From contig JAGNEJ010000011.1 of assembly GCA_018003315.1 (NCBI GenBank), positions 4,807 to 68,806 of the forward strand: a stretch of DNA of 64,000 bases. The letters run 5' to 3'. A program made the position numbers and the translations under genes. The DNA comes from Verrucomicrobiales bacterium. GTDB taxonomy: Bacteria; Verrucomicrobiota; Verrucomicrobiia; Verrucomicrobiales; V1-33. A model generated the notes under the pieces. The model made no database searches. It was not told where the DNA came from and was given only the letters and a program-made list of their open reading frames with translations. This document shows positions 20,640-31,400 of this stretch, in pieces (the stretch's first letter is position 1; the number at the start of each line of letters is the position of its first letter).

Positions 20640-20776
20640 CCGCCGCCGCAATTCCACCTTTCGAAGAAAATTCACCCGGACGAATCTTTTTCTTGCCGAA
20701 CCTCTGTTCCCTTGTGTAATCCTCCAGCATTCGGAAAAGCCGAGCAAATTTCCAACCCAGTCCAAGCAAAATTCCT

Positions 20777-21769
20777 ATGTGGAAACCAATGACGATCATC
20801 TCCGGGATTCTCCTCCTCGGAGCCGCTGGTGCCAACTTCCTGGCCATGCAGCAGATGCAGATGGAGAAACAACTGGCCAAGACCGCGGAAAACAACGAAC
20901 TGGATTCCGCAAAATACTTGAAGTCCGCCAAGGACCGGCGGGACGAGATTAAAAAGGCGCTCGACCAGCGGAAGGACGAAGCGGACAAAATGCAGCGCGC
21001 CCTGGCTGAGGCAAAGTCAGCCCGCGAAACCGCGGACACCAAGCAAAAGGAGGAGGAAGCCAAGCGCGACCAGGTGACCAAACAGCGCGATGATTTGAAG
21101 AAGAAACTCGACGACCTGGGCGGGCTCCAGCAGGTGGTGGATGAACTCAAGGGCCTTGATGCCAAAAAGACCGAATACACCGCGACCATTGCCCAGAAAG
21201 AAGCACAGCAGGCACTGGCTCTGCAGCGCAAGCAGCAGGCCGAGGAGCGCATCGCGGCCTTGAAGCGTCGCGATCTCATGCAAAAGACCGGATTGATGGC
21301 TGACTCCTTTTCCGGATCCATCACCGACATTGACACCGAGTGGGGCTTCATCACCATCAACCGCGGCGACTCCGCCAACGTGGTAAAGAATGCCAAACTG
21401 GATGTGAAACGCGGCTCTGACAAGATCGCCACGCTCGTGGTCACCAATGTCCAGCCCGGAAGCGCCGTCTGCGACGTGGTGCCCGGCACGCTGGCCCCCG
21501 GCTCCGCCCTGCAGCGAGGTGACCGGGTTACTGTTAGCGACACTTCCTCGGAAAAGAACCTGCCCAAGGCGGGGGAAAATCCACCCGCCGCCCCTGCACC
21601 CGGCGGGACCCCGGCACCGGCGGATCCGACCGCTCCGGCCGCCCCGCCCGCCGCACCCAGCGAAACACCTGCGCCCGCTGCGGATCCATTTGCTCCAGCC
21701 ACGCCAGCGGCTCCGACCGCCCCGGCCGCTCCGACCGAACCCGCGGCCCCTGAGAAAATGGAAAACTGA
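20777..21769 (+). CDS. membrane-anchored coiled-coil protein with C-terminal small beta-domain and Pro/Ala-rich tail (paralog 1)
   Basis: N-terminal TM (IISGILLLGAAGANFL), then ~170 aa of charged heptad-like sequence, then the beta segment GSITDIDTEWGFITINRG...RGDRVTV. The PA-rich tail is encoded at ~21560-21766. Confidence 0.6.
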   Translation: MWKPMTIISGILLLGAAGANFLAMQQMQMEKQLAKTAENNELDSAKYLKSAKDRRDEIKKALDQRKDEADKMQRALAEAKSARETADTKQKEEEAKRDQVTKQRDDLKKKLDDLGGLQQVVDELKGLDAKKTEYTATIAQKEAQQALALQRKQQAEERIAALKRRDLMQKTGLMADSFSGSITDIDTEWGFITINRGDSANVVKNAKLDVKRGSDKIATLVVTNVQPGSAVCDVVPGTLAPGSALQRGDRVTVSDTSSEKNLPKAGENPPAAPAPGGTPAPADPTAPAAPPAAPSETPAPAADPFAPATPAAPTAPAAPTEPAAPEKMEN

Positions 21770-21813
21770 TCCGCGTCCTCCAAGCACTGTCCCATCCCAT
21801 TTTTCGACCTCAC

Positions 21814-22599
21814 ATGAAAATCACCTACATTCTGGCCCTGCTGGCAATCGTCGCCAACGTGGTGCTCGGTGTCATGAACCGGAACAAGTTCATCGCCACC
21901 CGAAAGCAAAAAGACGAAAATACCCGGGCGGTTTATCAGAATTTCAAGAAGGTCGATGACGAAAACAAGACTTCCAATGGTCACATCGACAACTGGAATC
22001 TGGAAGACCAGCGTTACAACCGCGACAATACCGCCCGGCAGAACGAGGATGGCGCGAAAAAATCCGCCGAAGGCAAGATTGCGGATGCCGTAAAAGCCAC
22101 CAACGAAGCGCAGATGGCGATTGATGCCATCAACAAGGAGATTCAAACCACCCTGGCCGGATTCGGTGGAACCCCGGAGGAATTGCAGGCCCGCCGCGAT
22201 ACCCTCAAGGCGGAAACCGAGGAAATGGCCAAAAAAATCGAAGTGCTCTCCAAGGAAATCGACGTGACCAACGGCATTATTGGCGAGCATGAGAAGGTCA
22301 TTTCCCGCTTCAACCAGCAGCAGACCGACCGCTCCAAAGCCATCCAGCTCGGCAGCCGCCAGGGCACGATCAATGCCGTCAATCCGGATTGGGCCTTTGT
22401 CATCGTCAACATGGGCAAGGATCAGGGTGTCAACAATGATTCCAAGCTGCTTGTAAAGCGCGGCACCCAGTTGCTGGGCAAACTCAAGATCACCCAGATC
22501 GAGAAAAACCTGACGGTGGCGGACATCGATCCGAAATCCCTGGAAGGTGGCGAACAGATTGTGCCCGGAGATCAGGTCATTTTTGACACCGCCAATTGA
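21814..22599 (+). CDS. membrane-anchored coiled-coil protein with C-terminal small beta-domain (paralog 2)
   Basis: N-terminal TM (ITYILALLAIVANVVLGV), a coiled-coil middle, and a C-terminal segment GTINAVNPDWAFVIVNMG...PGDQVIF that aligns with the upstream gene. Confidence 0.6.
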   Translation: MKITYILALLAIVANVVLGVMNRNKFIATRKQKDENTRAVYQNFKKVDDENKTSNGHIDNWNLEDQRYNRDNTARQNEDGAKKSAEGKIADAVKATNEAQMAIDAINKEIQTTLAGFGGTPEELQARRDTLKAETEEMAKKIEVLSKEIDVTNGIIGEHEKVISRFNQQQTDRSKAIQLGSRQGTINAVNPDWAFVIVNMGKDQGVNNDSKLLVKRGTQLLGKLKITQIEKNLTVADIDPKSLEGGEQIVPGDQVIFDTAN

Positions 22600-22613
22600 G
22601 GGTCGTGTCCGTC

Positions 22614-22799
22614 ATGAAGCCGTTCGTTTTTTTCTCCTTTTTGCTGGCTGCTTTCTGCCTTGGCGGATGTGCGACCGAAGGGGAATCACACAAGAAAAAA
22701 TTATCCAATCCGGGTGACGAATTGAGCACCCGGCCCCAGGGGGAAGCGTGGAAGCCCTCGCACGTCGGTTCGCCTTTGGGGCTGCCAATGTCCAACTGA
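22614..22799 (+). CDS. small lipoprotein (61 aa)
   Basis: An ATG at 22614 gives MKPFVFFSFLLAAFCLGGC, which has a lipobox L-G-G-C. It lies 15 nt after the upstream stop. Confidence 0.45.
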   Translation: MKPFVFFSFLLAAFCLGGCATEGESHKKKLSNPGDELSTRPQGEAWKPSHVGSPLGLPMSN

Positions 22800-22940
22800 G
22801 TCCGCTGCGGTTACAGTCGGCAGGTATTTCGCCTTGAACGGAGTGAGGTCCAGCCTGGGTGGCTGAGACCATCGCCTTGGACGAACACCGTTCAGGAAAC
22901 CGCCGTCTTCCTGACGGCAAAAGGGAAGGAACCAGCCGGA

Positions 22941-24467
22941 TCAAATCGGATCTTCTGTTGGCGGGGGCCCTTCCTCCAGCGCACTGCGTTCGGCATGGCG
23001 GGTCTTTTTGAATTCCGGAATGGTCAAGGCCATCAGGGCAGCGGCGTAGATGGCCAGATAGAGCAGACTCACCATGGCGGTGGTCTCCGTGTTCAGACCG
23101 CGGGGGCCCATTTCCAGGCGGTAATTGGCGCTGAGGGGGAAAGGAAAACCGATCCAGACAAGGTCGTTCTCATTGAGGGAATCTCCCAGCAGCACCAGCA
23201 ACCCCAGCAGCAACTGCATCGCCGCCTGGATGAGCACCTGCGTGGCGAACGGGGAGGCGGTGCGCTTGAACAGCAGTCGCTGCACCACCAGTCCGCACAA
23301 AAGCTGTGCCGAGCCCCCGGCGAAAGCGGCCACCAGTTCCCAATGCCACCGAGTCGCCGCGCCTGCAACGCGGGACAACGTGCTGCTGAGGTGATCCGTG
23401 GTGGCGAACACGGCAAAAAAGGTGAGGCTGAGCAGCAACAGCAGGAAAAACGTGCCCGTGTGCCAGCCTGGATAAAACAGGCGTCCGGCGAGTCGGCCGA
23501 GCATCCCGCGGTTTACAAAGGGTCGGTAGATCACGGAAAGGTGCCGCGGTTCCTCGGTGGCGGCATCGATTCCCCCTAGCAGCGTGAGTGCCGAGACCAG
23601 AGCGAGCGCCAGCGGGGCAAGGTCCGCGAAACACAGTCCGGTGACTCCCGCCGCCACTGCCAGCGTGACCAGGCGGCGCAGCGAGCTGCGGTTTTCCGAA
23701 AGCGGGGCAAGCTGCGCAGCGCCCATGTCGAGCAGGTAAAAGGTGAGGAACAGCGCCGTTCCCCAAAAAACGGAATAAAACTGGATTTCCACCGGGGCGA
23801 TGCTGCGGCTGTAGGAGAAGCCGCGTTCGACGAGGATTTCACTGCAGGTGAAGGTGCAGAAGGCAATGATCCCGCCGAGGGCGGAAAGCGTGAAGATGCC
23901 GCGGACGAAGAAGTTTTTAATCCATGAAAAGCCGACGGTTGCCGCAGCGAACGTGGCGGCGACGATGAGGTAGTTGAGCAGCCAGAGGAGTTCCCGGGCG
24001 ACATCCACGGCACCACCGAAATAGCGCATGACCAGATACGGCAGCACAGTGACGGCGATGAGCCCGCTCTGCGCAAGGATGGCGCACCATTTGCCAAAGG
24101 TGATGCGCCAGGCAGTGAGCTTGGTAAGGACCAGGGTGTCCAGTGTGTTCATGCGCTGCTCTTCGGCCAGGGCATTGAATCCGCGCAGCGGAATCAGTAC
24201 CACCATGACCAGAATGAGCGCCCACCAGAAAAAGTAGGAAGAGTCCTCCTTGTCCCCCGCGTTGAGGGTGATCAGCGTCACCAGCACGAGCACCGCGTGC
24301 AGCACCAGAAACCCCCACACGAAAATCGGTGAGCGCATGCCCTGGCGCAGTTCCTTCACCAGCATGGGCGTGAGTCGGTCCGGAAAATCCCGCAGGTTGA
24401 TCGGGGGCGATGCTGCTCCAGCGGGCAGCGGGGGCGGGTTTTCAGGCAGGACGCTGGCGTCGCTCAT
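22941..24467 (-). CDS. polytopic membrane protein, ABC-2-type permease-like
   Basis: ATG at 24467 (MSDASVLPEN...). There are about 12 hydrophobic helices, and the N-terminal part (LVKELRQGMRSPIFVW...EEQRMNTLDTLVLT) resembles ABC-2 permeases. No ATPase gene is adjacent. Confidence 0.5.
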   Translation of the reverse strand: MSDASVLPENPPPLPAGAASPPINLRDFPDRLTPMLVKELRQGMRSPIFVWGFLVLHAVLVLVTLITLNAGDKEDSSYFFWWALILVMVVLIPLRGFNALAEEQRMNTLDTLVLTKLTAWRITFGKWCAILAQSGLIAVTVLPYLVMRYFGGAVDVARELLWLLNYLIVAATFAAATVGFSWIKNFFVRGIFTLSALGGIIAFCTFTCSEILVERGFSYSRSIAPVEIQFYSVFWGTALFLTFYLLDMGAAQLAPLSENRSSLRRLVTLAVAAGVTGLCFADLAPLALALVSALTLLGGIDAATEEPRHLSVIYRPFVNRGMLGRLAGRLFYPGWHTGTFFLLLLLSLTFFAVFATTDHLSSTLSRVAGAATRWHWELVAAFAGGSAQLLCGLVVQRLLFKRTASPFATQVLIQAAMQLLLGLLVLLGDSLNENDLVWIGFPFPLSANYRLEMGPRGLNTETTAMVSLLYLAIYAAALMALTIPEFKKTRHAERSALEEGPPPTEDPI

Positions 24468-24519
24468 GGCACGGAGTGTGGCACGGGCTGGGCGGGGCTC
24501 AACCGATTTGCATTTCGGC

Positions 24520-25809
24520 TCACGGCTTGAGGCGGATGCTCGCGGAGCGTCCGTGAGCTTCCAGGCCTTCCATGTGGCTGAACTGCACGATGCTGGGTGC
24601 GGATTTTTGCAGGGCCTTGCGATCAAGTTTCACGATGCTGGTGCGCCGCTGAAACATGTCCGCTGTCAGCCCGGGAAACGATTTTCCCGCTCCGCCGGTT
24701 GGCAGGGTGTGGCTGGGCCCGGCCACGAAATCTCCGGCTGCCACTGGCGAGTGGTTCCCTAGAAAGATGGCTCCCGCGGTGTGAATCTGCGGCAACACTG
24801 CGGCTTCGTTTTCGACTACCAGGCTGAGGTGCTCCGGCGCGAAATCATTGCATAGGCGGATGCCGGCGGCGAGGTCCCGCACCTCCACCAACCAGCAGCC
24901 CGCATCCAGGATTTCCCGGATGCTTTCCGCCCGCGGCAGGGTGCGCAGTTGTTTTTCCACCTCCGTGCGCACCGCACGCAGCAGTTTGGCGGAAGTGGTT
25001 GCCAGCAGGATCTGGCCGTCGTGTCCATGTTCGGCCTGGGCCAGAAGGTCCGCCGCAACAAAGCGGGGATTGGCCGAAGCATCGCACAGCACCATGATCT
25101 CACTGGGGCCGGGCAGGAGGTCGATGCTCACGGCTCCGAAGACCTGGCGTTTGGCCTCCACCACATATTTGTTTCCCGGTCCGAAAATCTTTTCCACCGG
25201 CTGGATGCTGGCCGTGCCATGGGCCATGGCCGCCACCGCCTGGGCACCGCCCACCCGGTAAACTTCGGTGGCACCGCAGACGCCCAGGGCGCAGAGCATG
25301 TTTCCGTTTACCGTGCCATCCGGCGCACTGGGCGTGCAGACGACGATCTCCGGACAGCCTGCGGCCTGCGCCAGCGTCACTGTCATGAGCACCGTGGAAA
25401 TGAGCGGCGCACCGCCGCCGGGCACGTAAACGCCCACCCGGCGAAAGGGCTGGAAAACCTCCCCCACTTCCGCGCCCTGGGCGTTGCGCATTTTCCAGTC
25501 CCGCCGCAGGCTGCGTCGGGCGAAGGCCAGCACGTTCCGGTGGGCCGTTAGGATCGCCTGGCGCACTTCCGGGGCCGCGTCCCGTTCTGCCGCCGCCATT
25601 TCCTGCGGGGTCACCCGCAGCGCCGCCGCATGCAGCGCCGTCCGGTCGAATTTCCTGGCAAACTCCACCAATGCTGCATCGCCACGGCGGCGCACCCGGC
25701 TGACAATGTTCTCCACGGCCTTCCGCACGGCATCGGGCGGCACCGCCCGGCGGGAGAGACCGGCGAGGGCTTCGGCATAATCTGACTGGCTGGGACTGAG
25801 TAGCTTCAT
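24520..25809 (-). CDS. hisD: histidinol dehydrogenase
   Basis: 429 aa. Motifs VGVYVPGG, AQAEHGHD and GDFVAGPSHTLPT, with full-length colinearity to HisD. Confidence 0.9.
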   Translation of the reverse strand: MKLLSPSQSDYAEALAGLSRRAVPPDAVRKAVENIVSRVRRRGDAALVEFARKFDRTALHAAALRVTPQEMAAAERDAAPEVRQAILTAHRNVLAFARRSLRRDWKMRNAQGAEVGEVFQPFRRVGVYVPGGGAPLISTVLMTVTLAQAAGCPEIVVCTPSAPDGTVNGNMLCALGVCGATEVYRVGGAQAVAAMAHGTASIQPVEKIFGPGNKYVVEAKRQVFGAVSIDLLPGPSEIMVLCDASANPRFVAADLLAQAEHGHDGQILLATTSAKLLRAVRTEVEKQLRTLPRAESIREILDAGCWLVEVRDLAAGIRLCNDFAPEHLSLVVENEAAVLPQIHTAGAIFLGNHSPVAAGDFVAGPSHTLPTGGAGKSFPGLTADMFQRRTSIVKLDRKALQKSAPSIVQFSHMEGLEAHGRSASIRLKP

Positions 25810-25967
25810 GGGAAAACGGGCCGCACCCGTAGGCTACGGCGCAGCCGCTTGCAAGTCGTGCTCCACCGCCCGTCCCGCTCCAGGTACATCGGGAGCGAAC
25901 CATAAAAATCCCCGTTGCCCGCACGAAGTCACCGACGTTATTTCCCCAGTTTCATTCCGTCTCCCCC

Positions 25968-26540
25968 ATGCTGCTCGTCATCGACAACTACGATTCATTT
26001 ACCTACAACCTCGTCCAGTATTTCGGGGAATTGGGGGCCGCCATGCTCATCCGGCGCAACGATGAGATTTCTGTGGAGGAAATTCGAAACCTGGCCCCGG
26101 AGCGCATCTGCATTTCACCCGGTCCCTGTACGCCGGCGGAGGCCGGGGTGAGCAATGAAGTCATCCGCGCCTTTGGGCCGCGCATTCCGATTCTCGGCGT
26201 CTGTCTGGGGCACCAGTGCATGGGGCAGGTTTACGGGGGGGATGTGGTGCGGGCGGACCGGTTGATGCACGGGAAAACCTCGTTGATCCACCACGACGGC
26301 AAAGGTGTCTTCGCTGGCCTGCAGAACCCATTTGAGGCTACGCGGTATCATTCCCTCATTGTGCAGCGCGAAACCGTTCCCGTCTGTTTGGAGATTACGG
26401 CGGAGACCGCGGAAAAGGAAATCATGGGTCTGCGGCACCGCGAATTTCCCGTCCATGGCGTGCAGTTCCACCCCGAATCCATCCTGACGCTGGAGGGGAA
26501 AAAGCTCCTGCAGAATTTCCTCGCGCTGCCGTCGGCGTGA
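25968..26540 (+). CDS. pabA: glutamine amidotransferase subunit of aminodeoxychorismate/anthranilate synthase
   Basis: [18 protein letters not shown], the GVCLGHQ catalytic Cys, and GVQFHPES. The pabA versus trpG choice rests only on the PabB-like neighbour. Confidence 0.8.
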   Translation: MLLVIDNYDSFTYNLVQYFGELGAAMLIRRNDEISVEEIRNLAPERICISPGPCTPAEAGVSNEVIRAFGPRIPILGVCLGHQCMGQVYGGDVVRADRLMHGKTSLIHHDGKGVFAGLQNPFEATRYHSLIVQRETVPVCLEITAETAEKEIMGLRHREFPVHGVQFHPESILTLEGKKLLQNFLALPSA

Positions 26541-26576
26541 CGGGCCGATGGTTTTGTCAGGAACCCATCCCGGCCC

Positions 26577-27827
26577 ATGCCATCCACTGCTGCCAGTCCC
26601 CGCCGGATTTCCCTGGACGCCACTCCGGAGGAAGCGGCGCTGCGACTGTGGGGGCTGCCGGGCTTTGCCTGGCTGGACACGGCCGGCCACCGCCACACCG
26701 GCGGGGAAGGCATTTCACTTCTGGCTGCGCTGCCCCGGGAGGTGCTGCGCGGGCATCTGCGCCATCCCGACGCGCTGCGAGCCGCGCTGCAACGGCATTT
26801 TCCGGACCGCGTGCAGGTGGCCTTGGGATTTCCCGCCGGGGGGCTCATCGGGACCGTGGACTACGATGGACGCTTTGAATTTGGCGTCTATGACCGCATG
26901 CTCATCCACCAGCACGGCAGCGGCGAATGGTGGGATGCCGGTGATTTGTCAGGGTGCTTTCAGGCTGCGGAGCCTCCCCGCGGTGGTGCGGTTTCCTTCC
27001 GGCAGCAGGTGGATGCAGCGGAGTTCCTCCGTCAGGTCCGCTGTGCCCGCGAATACATCCGCTGCGGGGACATCTACCAGGTAAATCTCTCCCACGCCTT
27101 CGATGCCGTCTGGCCCGCGGGGGCGGACCCATTTGCGCTCTACCTCCGCCTGCGCCGCATCAGTCCCGCACCCTACGCGGCATTTCTGAATCTCGGTCGG
27201 CGGCAGGTGCTTTCCTCCTCGCCGGAATCGTTTCTGAAAATGAGCGGCCAGGGAATTCGCACCCGCCCCATCAAGGGCACACGCCCGCGATTCCGCGATT
27301 CCACTGCGGACGTGCGGTCCTCGCTGGACCTGCTGACATCTGAAAAGGAGCGAGCAGAGCTGCTGATGATCACCGACCTGGAGCGCAATGACCTCGGCCA
27401 GGTTTGTGACTACGGCAGCGTGGAAGTGTCCGAACTGCTGAAACTGGAAGCCTACGCCCAGGTCTTTCATCTGGTATCCACTGTGCAAGGCACGCTGCGG
27501 AAGGAAGCAGACCATGTCACCGCCCTCGCCGCCTGTTTTCCCGGAGGGAGCATCACCGGTGCTCCCAAAAAACGCGCCATGGAGATCATCGCGGAACTCG
27601 AAAGGGCGGACCGCGGGCTCTACACCGGAGCCATTGGCTGCCTGGGGGCCAACGGAGAATCACGCTTCAGCATCGCCATCCGCACCCTGACCGTGGAAGA
27701 CGGACACGCCACCTTCCGGGTAGGGGCCGGGATCGTGGCGGACAGCGACCCGCAGCGGGAGTGGGAGGAAACGCTACATAAAGCCGCCGGGCTGCTCTCC
27801 GCCGCAGAGAATCGCCACCCGCACTGA
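26577..27827 (+). CDS. pabB: aminodeoxychorismate synthase component I (chorismate-binding enzyme, short form)
   Basis: Motifs CGDIYQVNLS, RGFYTGAIG-type (RGLYTGAIGCLG), PGGSITGAPK and VGAGIVADSDP. Confidence 0.75.
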   Translation: MPSTAASPRRISLDATPEEAALRLWGLPGFAWLDTAGHRHTGGEGISLLAALPREVLRGHLRHPDALRAALQRHFPDRVQVALGFPAGGLIGTVDYDGRFEFGVYDRMLIHQHGSGEWWDAGDLSGCFQAAEPPRGGAVSFRQQVDAAEFLRQVRCAREYIRCGDIYQVNLSHAFDAVWPAGADPFALYLRLRRISPAPYAAFLNLGRRQVLSSSPESFLKMSGQGIRTRPIKGTRPRFRDSTADVRSSLDLLTSEKERAELLMITDLERNDLGQVCDYGSVEVSELLKLEAYAQVFHLVSTVQGTLRKEADHVTALAACFPGGSITGAPKKRAMEIIAELERADRGLYTGAIGCLGANGESRFSIAIRTLTVEDGHATFRVGAGIVADSDPQREWEETLHKAAGLLSAAENRHPH

Positions 27828-28152
27828 ATCCCAAAACGGTCTCCGCACCTGAACTTGTACAGGCATTCCGCTCCTGCGCTCCCCACCTCCCCACTGGGTC
27901 GGTTGCCAAACAACATTGCCGTGCCAGTTGTGAAGCGCAGTCGCCTCAATGACCGACAACGATGGAGGCTGAGTCGTGTGGTCCGCACTGCCCTCTGTGC
28001 GGTGCGTCGGCCCCCAAAACTCCGCTCCGTGACTTCAGCGGATGACTTTTCACCCTCCGGCGATCGGGTCGGTTTTCACAGGATGCTAGTGCCAGCATGA
28101 CTTCCCGCCCCCAGCCGAGACGGCGATGAAATGCGTATTGCCTCAGCAAAAA

Positions 28153-28240
28153 ATGACACCGGAGGGTGGCGTTGGGTAGGGGATCGTTGCCTCACATTCG
28201 ATGACACCGGAGGTGGGGGTAAACTTCGCTTCACATTGCG
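28153..28240. repeat. imperfect direct repeat, period 48 bp (ATGACACCGGAGG...TCACATT), in the pabB/nrdA convergent spacer
   Basis: ATGACACCGGAGGGTGG at 28153-28169 recurs as ATGACACCGGAGGTGGG at 28201-28217. TCACATT occurs at 28192-28198 and 28231-28237. CACCCTCCGG at 28051-28060 is the perfect complement of 28159-28168. Confidence 0.8.
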
Positions 28241-28263
28241 CGATGCATCGACGCCCGTTGGCC

Positions 28264-28287
28264 GTCCGTCGGTCCGTCGGTCCGGCG
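28264..28287. repeat. 8-bp tandem repeat GTCCGTCG x2 plus GTCCGGCG
   Basis: Read directly: GTCCGTCG at 28264-28271, GTCCGTCG at 28272-28279 and GTCCGGCG at 28280-28287, all non-coding. Confidence 0.8.
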
Positions 28288-28417
28288 GAGCACCGCGGAC
28301 TCTCCTCCCCGGAATTTCCACTGACCCAGTCCGCGGGCCGGTGCCGACGGATTGCCGGAATTTTTGTGCGTTCGTCGCCAGCAGCGGCGGGAAACGCCGG
28401 GATGTGGATGAGTCGGG

Positions 28418-31400
28418 CTACTGGCAGGCTTCGCATTCGATGCCTTCGCGGCGGGCCCGCAGGCTGCATGCCTGGATTTCCTCGGCGGTGGGTTCCGGTT
28501 GCGTCCGCAGCGGGGCTTCGGCGGCAGCGTTGATTCCGAGGTGGCGCACCTCCTTGGTTACGGCGACGGTGGCCTTTTCGATGTTGCTGGCGGAGACGTT
28601 GCGCAGGTAGTAGGTGGTTTTGAGGCCGCGGCTCCAGGCTTCGCGATACATGCGGGAGAGGGCTCCCATGTCCTTGCTGTCGAACCACAGATTGACGCTC
28701 TGGCTCTGGTCGATCCACTTCTGGCGGCACCCGGCGGCCTGAATGATCCAGGTGGGTTCAATGCCAAAAGCAGTGCGGTATTTGACCTTGAGGTCGTCAG
28801 GGATTTCCTCGATTTCCTTCAGTTCGCCGTCGAAGTATTTGAGGCGGTCGAGCATGTTTTGGTTCCAGAGGCCGCGGGCCTTGAGGTCCTTGACGAGGAA
28901 GGAATTGAGGACGGTGAATTCTCCGGAGAGGTTGCTTTTGGCGAAGAGGTTTTTGAAGGCGGGTTCGATGCACGGGGTGCTGCCCATGATGTTGGAAATG
29001 GTGGCGGTGGGGGCGATGGCGAGCACGTTGCTGTTGCGCATGCCCTGGCGGCGGATTTTTTCGCGCAGCGGAGCCCAGTCAAGCTTTCCACCGCGGGGCA
29101 CGTCCACGGGGACGCCGCGTTCCCGTTCGAGCAGTTCCAGGGTGTCCTGCGGGAGCAGTCCGCGGTCCCACTTGCTGCCCTTGAAGGTGGAATAGGCACC
29201 GCGTTCGGCGGCGAGATCGCTGGAGGCCTCGTAGGCATAGTAGGCGACGGCTTCCATGATTTCGTCGTTGAAGGCAACGGCTTCGTTCGATGCAAACGGA
29301 ACGTCCCTGATGTAAAGGGCATTGGCCAGGCCCATGACGCCGAGTCCTACGGGCCGGTGACGCAGGTTGGCGCGGCGGGCGGCTTCGGTGGGATAGAAAT
29401 TGATGTCGATGACATTGTCCAGCGCCCTGACGGCGACGCGGATGGTGGCGCGGAGTTTTTCGTGGTCGATGTTGCCGTTTTCATCGAGGTGGTTTTCCAG
29501 GATGATGGAGCCGAGGTTGCAGACGGCGGTTTCCTCTGCGGAGGTGTTGAGGGTGATTTCGGTGCAGAGGTTGGAACTGTGGATGACGCCGGTGTGGTCC
29601 TGCGGACTGCGCACATTGCAGGGGTCCTTGAAGGTGATCCACGGATGCCCGGTTTCGAAGAGCATCTTGAGCATTTCCTTCCAGAGATCGAGTGCCGGAA
29701 TCTGTCGGCTCCAGATTTCACCGCGGGCGGCGCGGGCCTCGCATTCCTCGTATTTGCGCTCAAAGGAACGGCCGTAGGTTTCGTGCAGTTCGGGCGCTTC
29801 ATTGGAGCGGAACAGCGTCCAGGGTTGCCGGGCGATCATGCGTTTCATGAACAGGTCGGGCACCCAGACCGCGGTGCTCATGTCGTGCGTGCGGCGCCGT
29901 TCATCCCCGGTGTTGCGGCGCAGGTGCAGAAAGTCGAAAATGTCATTGTGCCAGACTTCGAGGTAGGCGCAGCCGGACCCGCGGCGCTTGCCGCCCTGAT
30001 TGACGGCCACCAACTGGTCGTTGTGCAGCTTGAGGAAGGGAATGACTCCCTGGCTTTCGCCGTTGGTTCCCTTGATGTAGCTGCCGGTGCCGCGGACCGC
30101 CGTCCACGAGCCGCCCAGGCCGCCGGCCCATTTGCTGAGAAAGGCATTTTCGGCAATGCCGCGCAGCATGATGCTTTCGATGCTGTCGTCCACCTGGTAG
30201 AGGTAGCAGGAGGAAAGCTGGCTGTGGAGGGTGCCGGAATTGAAGAGGGTGGGGGTGCTGCTGCAGAAACGGCGGGACTTGAAGAGGTTGTAAAGGGAGA
30301 TGATGTGGTCGGTCTGGTGCTCCTTCTGCTCCTTGAGGAAGAGTCCCATGGCGACGCGCAGGAAAAAGAGCTGCGGCGTTTCCAGGCGGCGGTGTCGGCG
30401 TCCGGTTTTGTCCACCAGCAGGTAGCGGTCGAAGAGAGTTTGAATCCCCAGGTAGTCAAACTCCATGTCGGCAGTGGGATCCAGCGCCAGCGCCAACCGG
30501 TCGAGATTGAGTTCCAGCAGGGCGGGGTTGAGGCGCTGGATTTCCACGCCGCGCTGGAGATTTACGCGGAACGCCCGGCGGTGAAATTCCGGCAGGGCTT
30601 CGATGCCGTCCTTCACCATGCTCCAGCCGAGCACCTCCTCGTAAATGTAGGTGAGCAGAATGCGTCCGGCAAACCGGGCGAAATCGGCATCGCGTTCGAT
30701 GAGCGTTTTGGAGTTGAGGATCACCGTGGTGTTCAGGTCCTCCCGGGTCATTTCCGGAAACAGGGAGCGGCGCAGATCCGTTTCGATCTGGTCACAGCTC
30801 AGACAGAGGTCCAGACCGATACGGGCGAACTCGATGCGTCGGCGCAGGTCCTGTCCGTCCCACAGGGTGGAGGTTCCATCCTCCTCGGTGACGAGGATCA
30901 TGTGATCCTGGCGGTTCAACGCATCGAGACGCGCGTCCTCTTCCGTTTTGGCCCTCACTTCCGCACGGTGCGCACGGTAGAGGATGTAGGCGGCGGCCAC
31001 CTTGTAGTGGCCCTGCTTCATGAGTTCCTCCTGCACCCGGTCCTGCAGGTCCTCGATGTTGATCAACTGCTGCCCGGTTTCGCGCAATTGTTTGGTGAGA
31101 CTGCGGGCGATTTCCTCCGCCGGGGCGGAGTCCAGATGCTCGGAAAGGAACGCCTTGCGCACGGCAATCTCGATTTTGTTTTCATCCCACGGCACCACGT
31201 CGCCATTGCGGCGGATGATGCGGCACAGCGGGCGCAGCGGCACCCGGGCACAGGCTTCGTTTCCGGAAGCGCCGCCCAGTTGATTGGCCAGCGGCTGATG
31301 GCAGCCTTGGGCATGGCTCGCCACGAAGCTGCGCGCCACGTCATAGGCATTCTGCTGCACCAGCGCCCGTTCGATGAGGCGCGTCACGTCCCGGTGGGAA

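Noticed and set aside
21540-21770. Repetitive GC-rich DNA (CCGGC/ACCGC-type reiteration), considered as a tandem-repeat or CRISPR-like array.
   Set aside because: It is in frame within the coiled-coil gene and encodes a Pro/Ala-rich tail. There is no repeat-spacer regularity.
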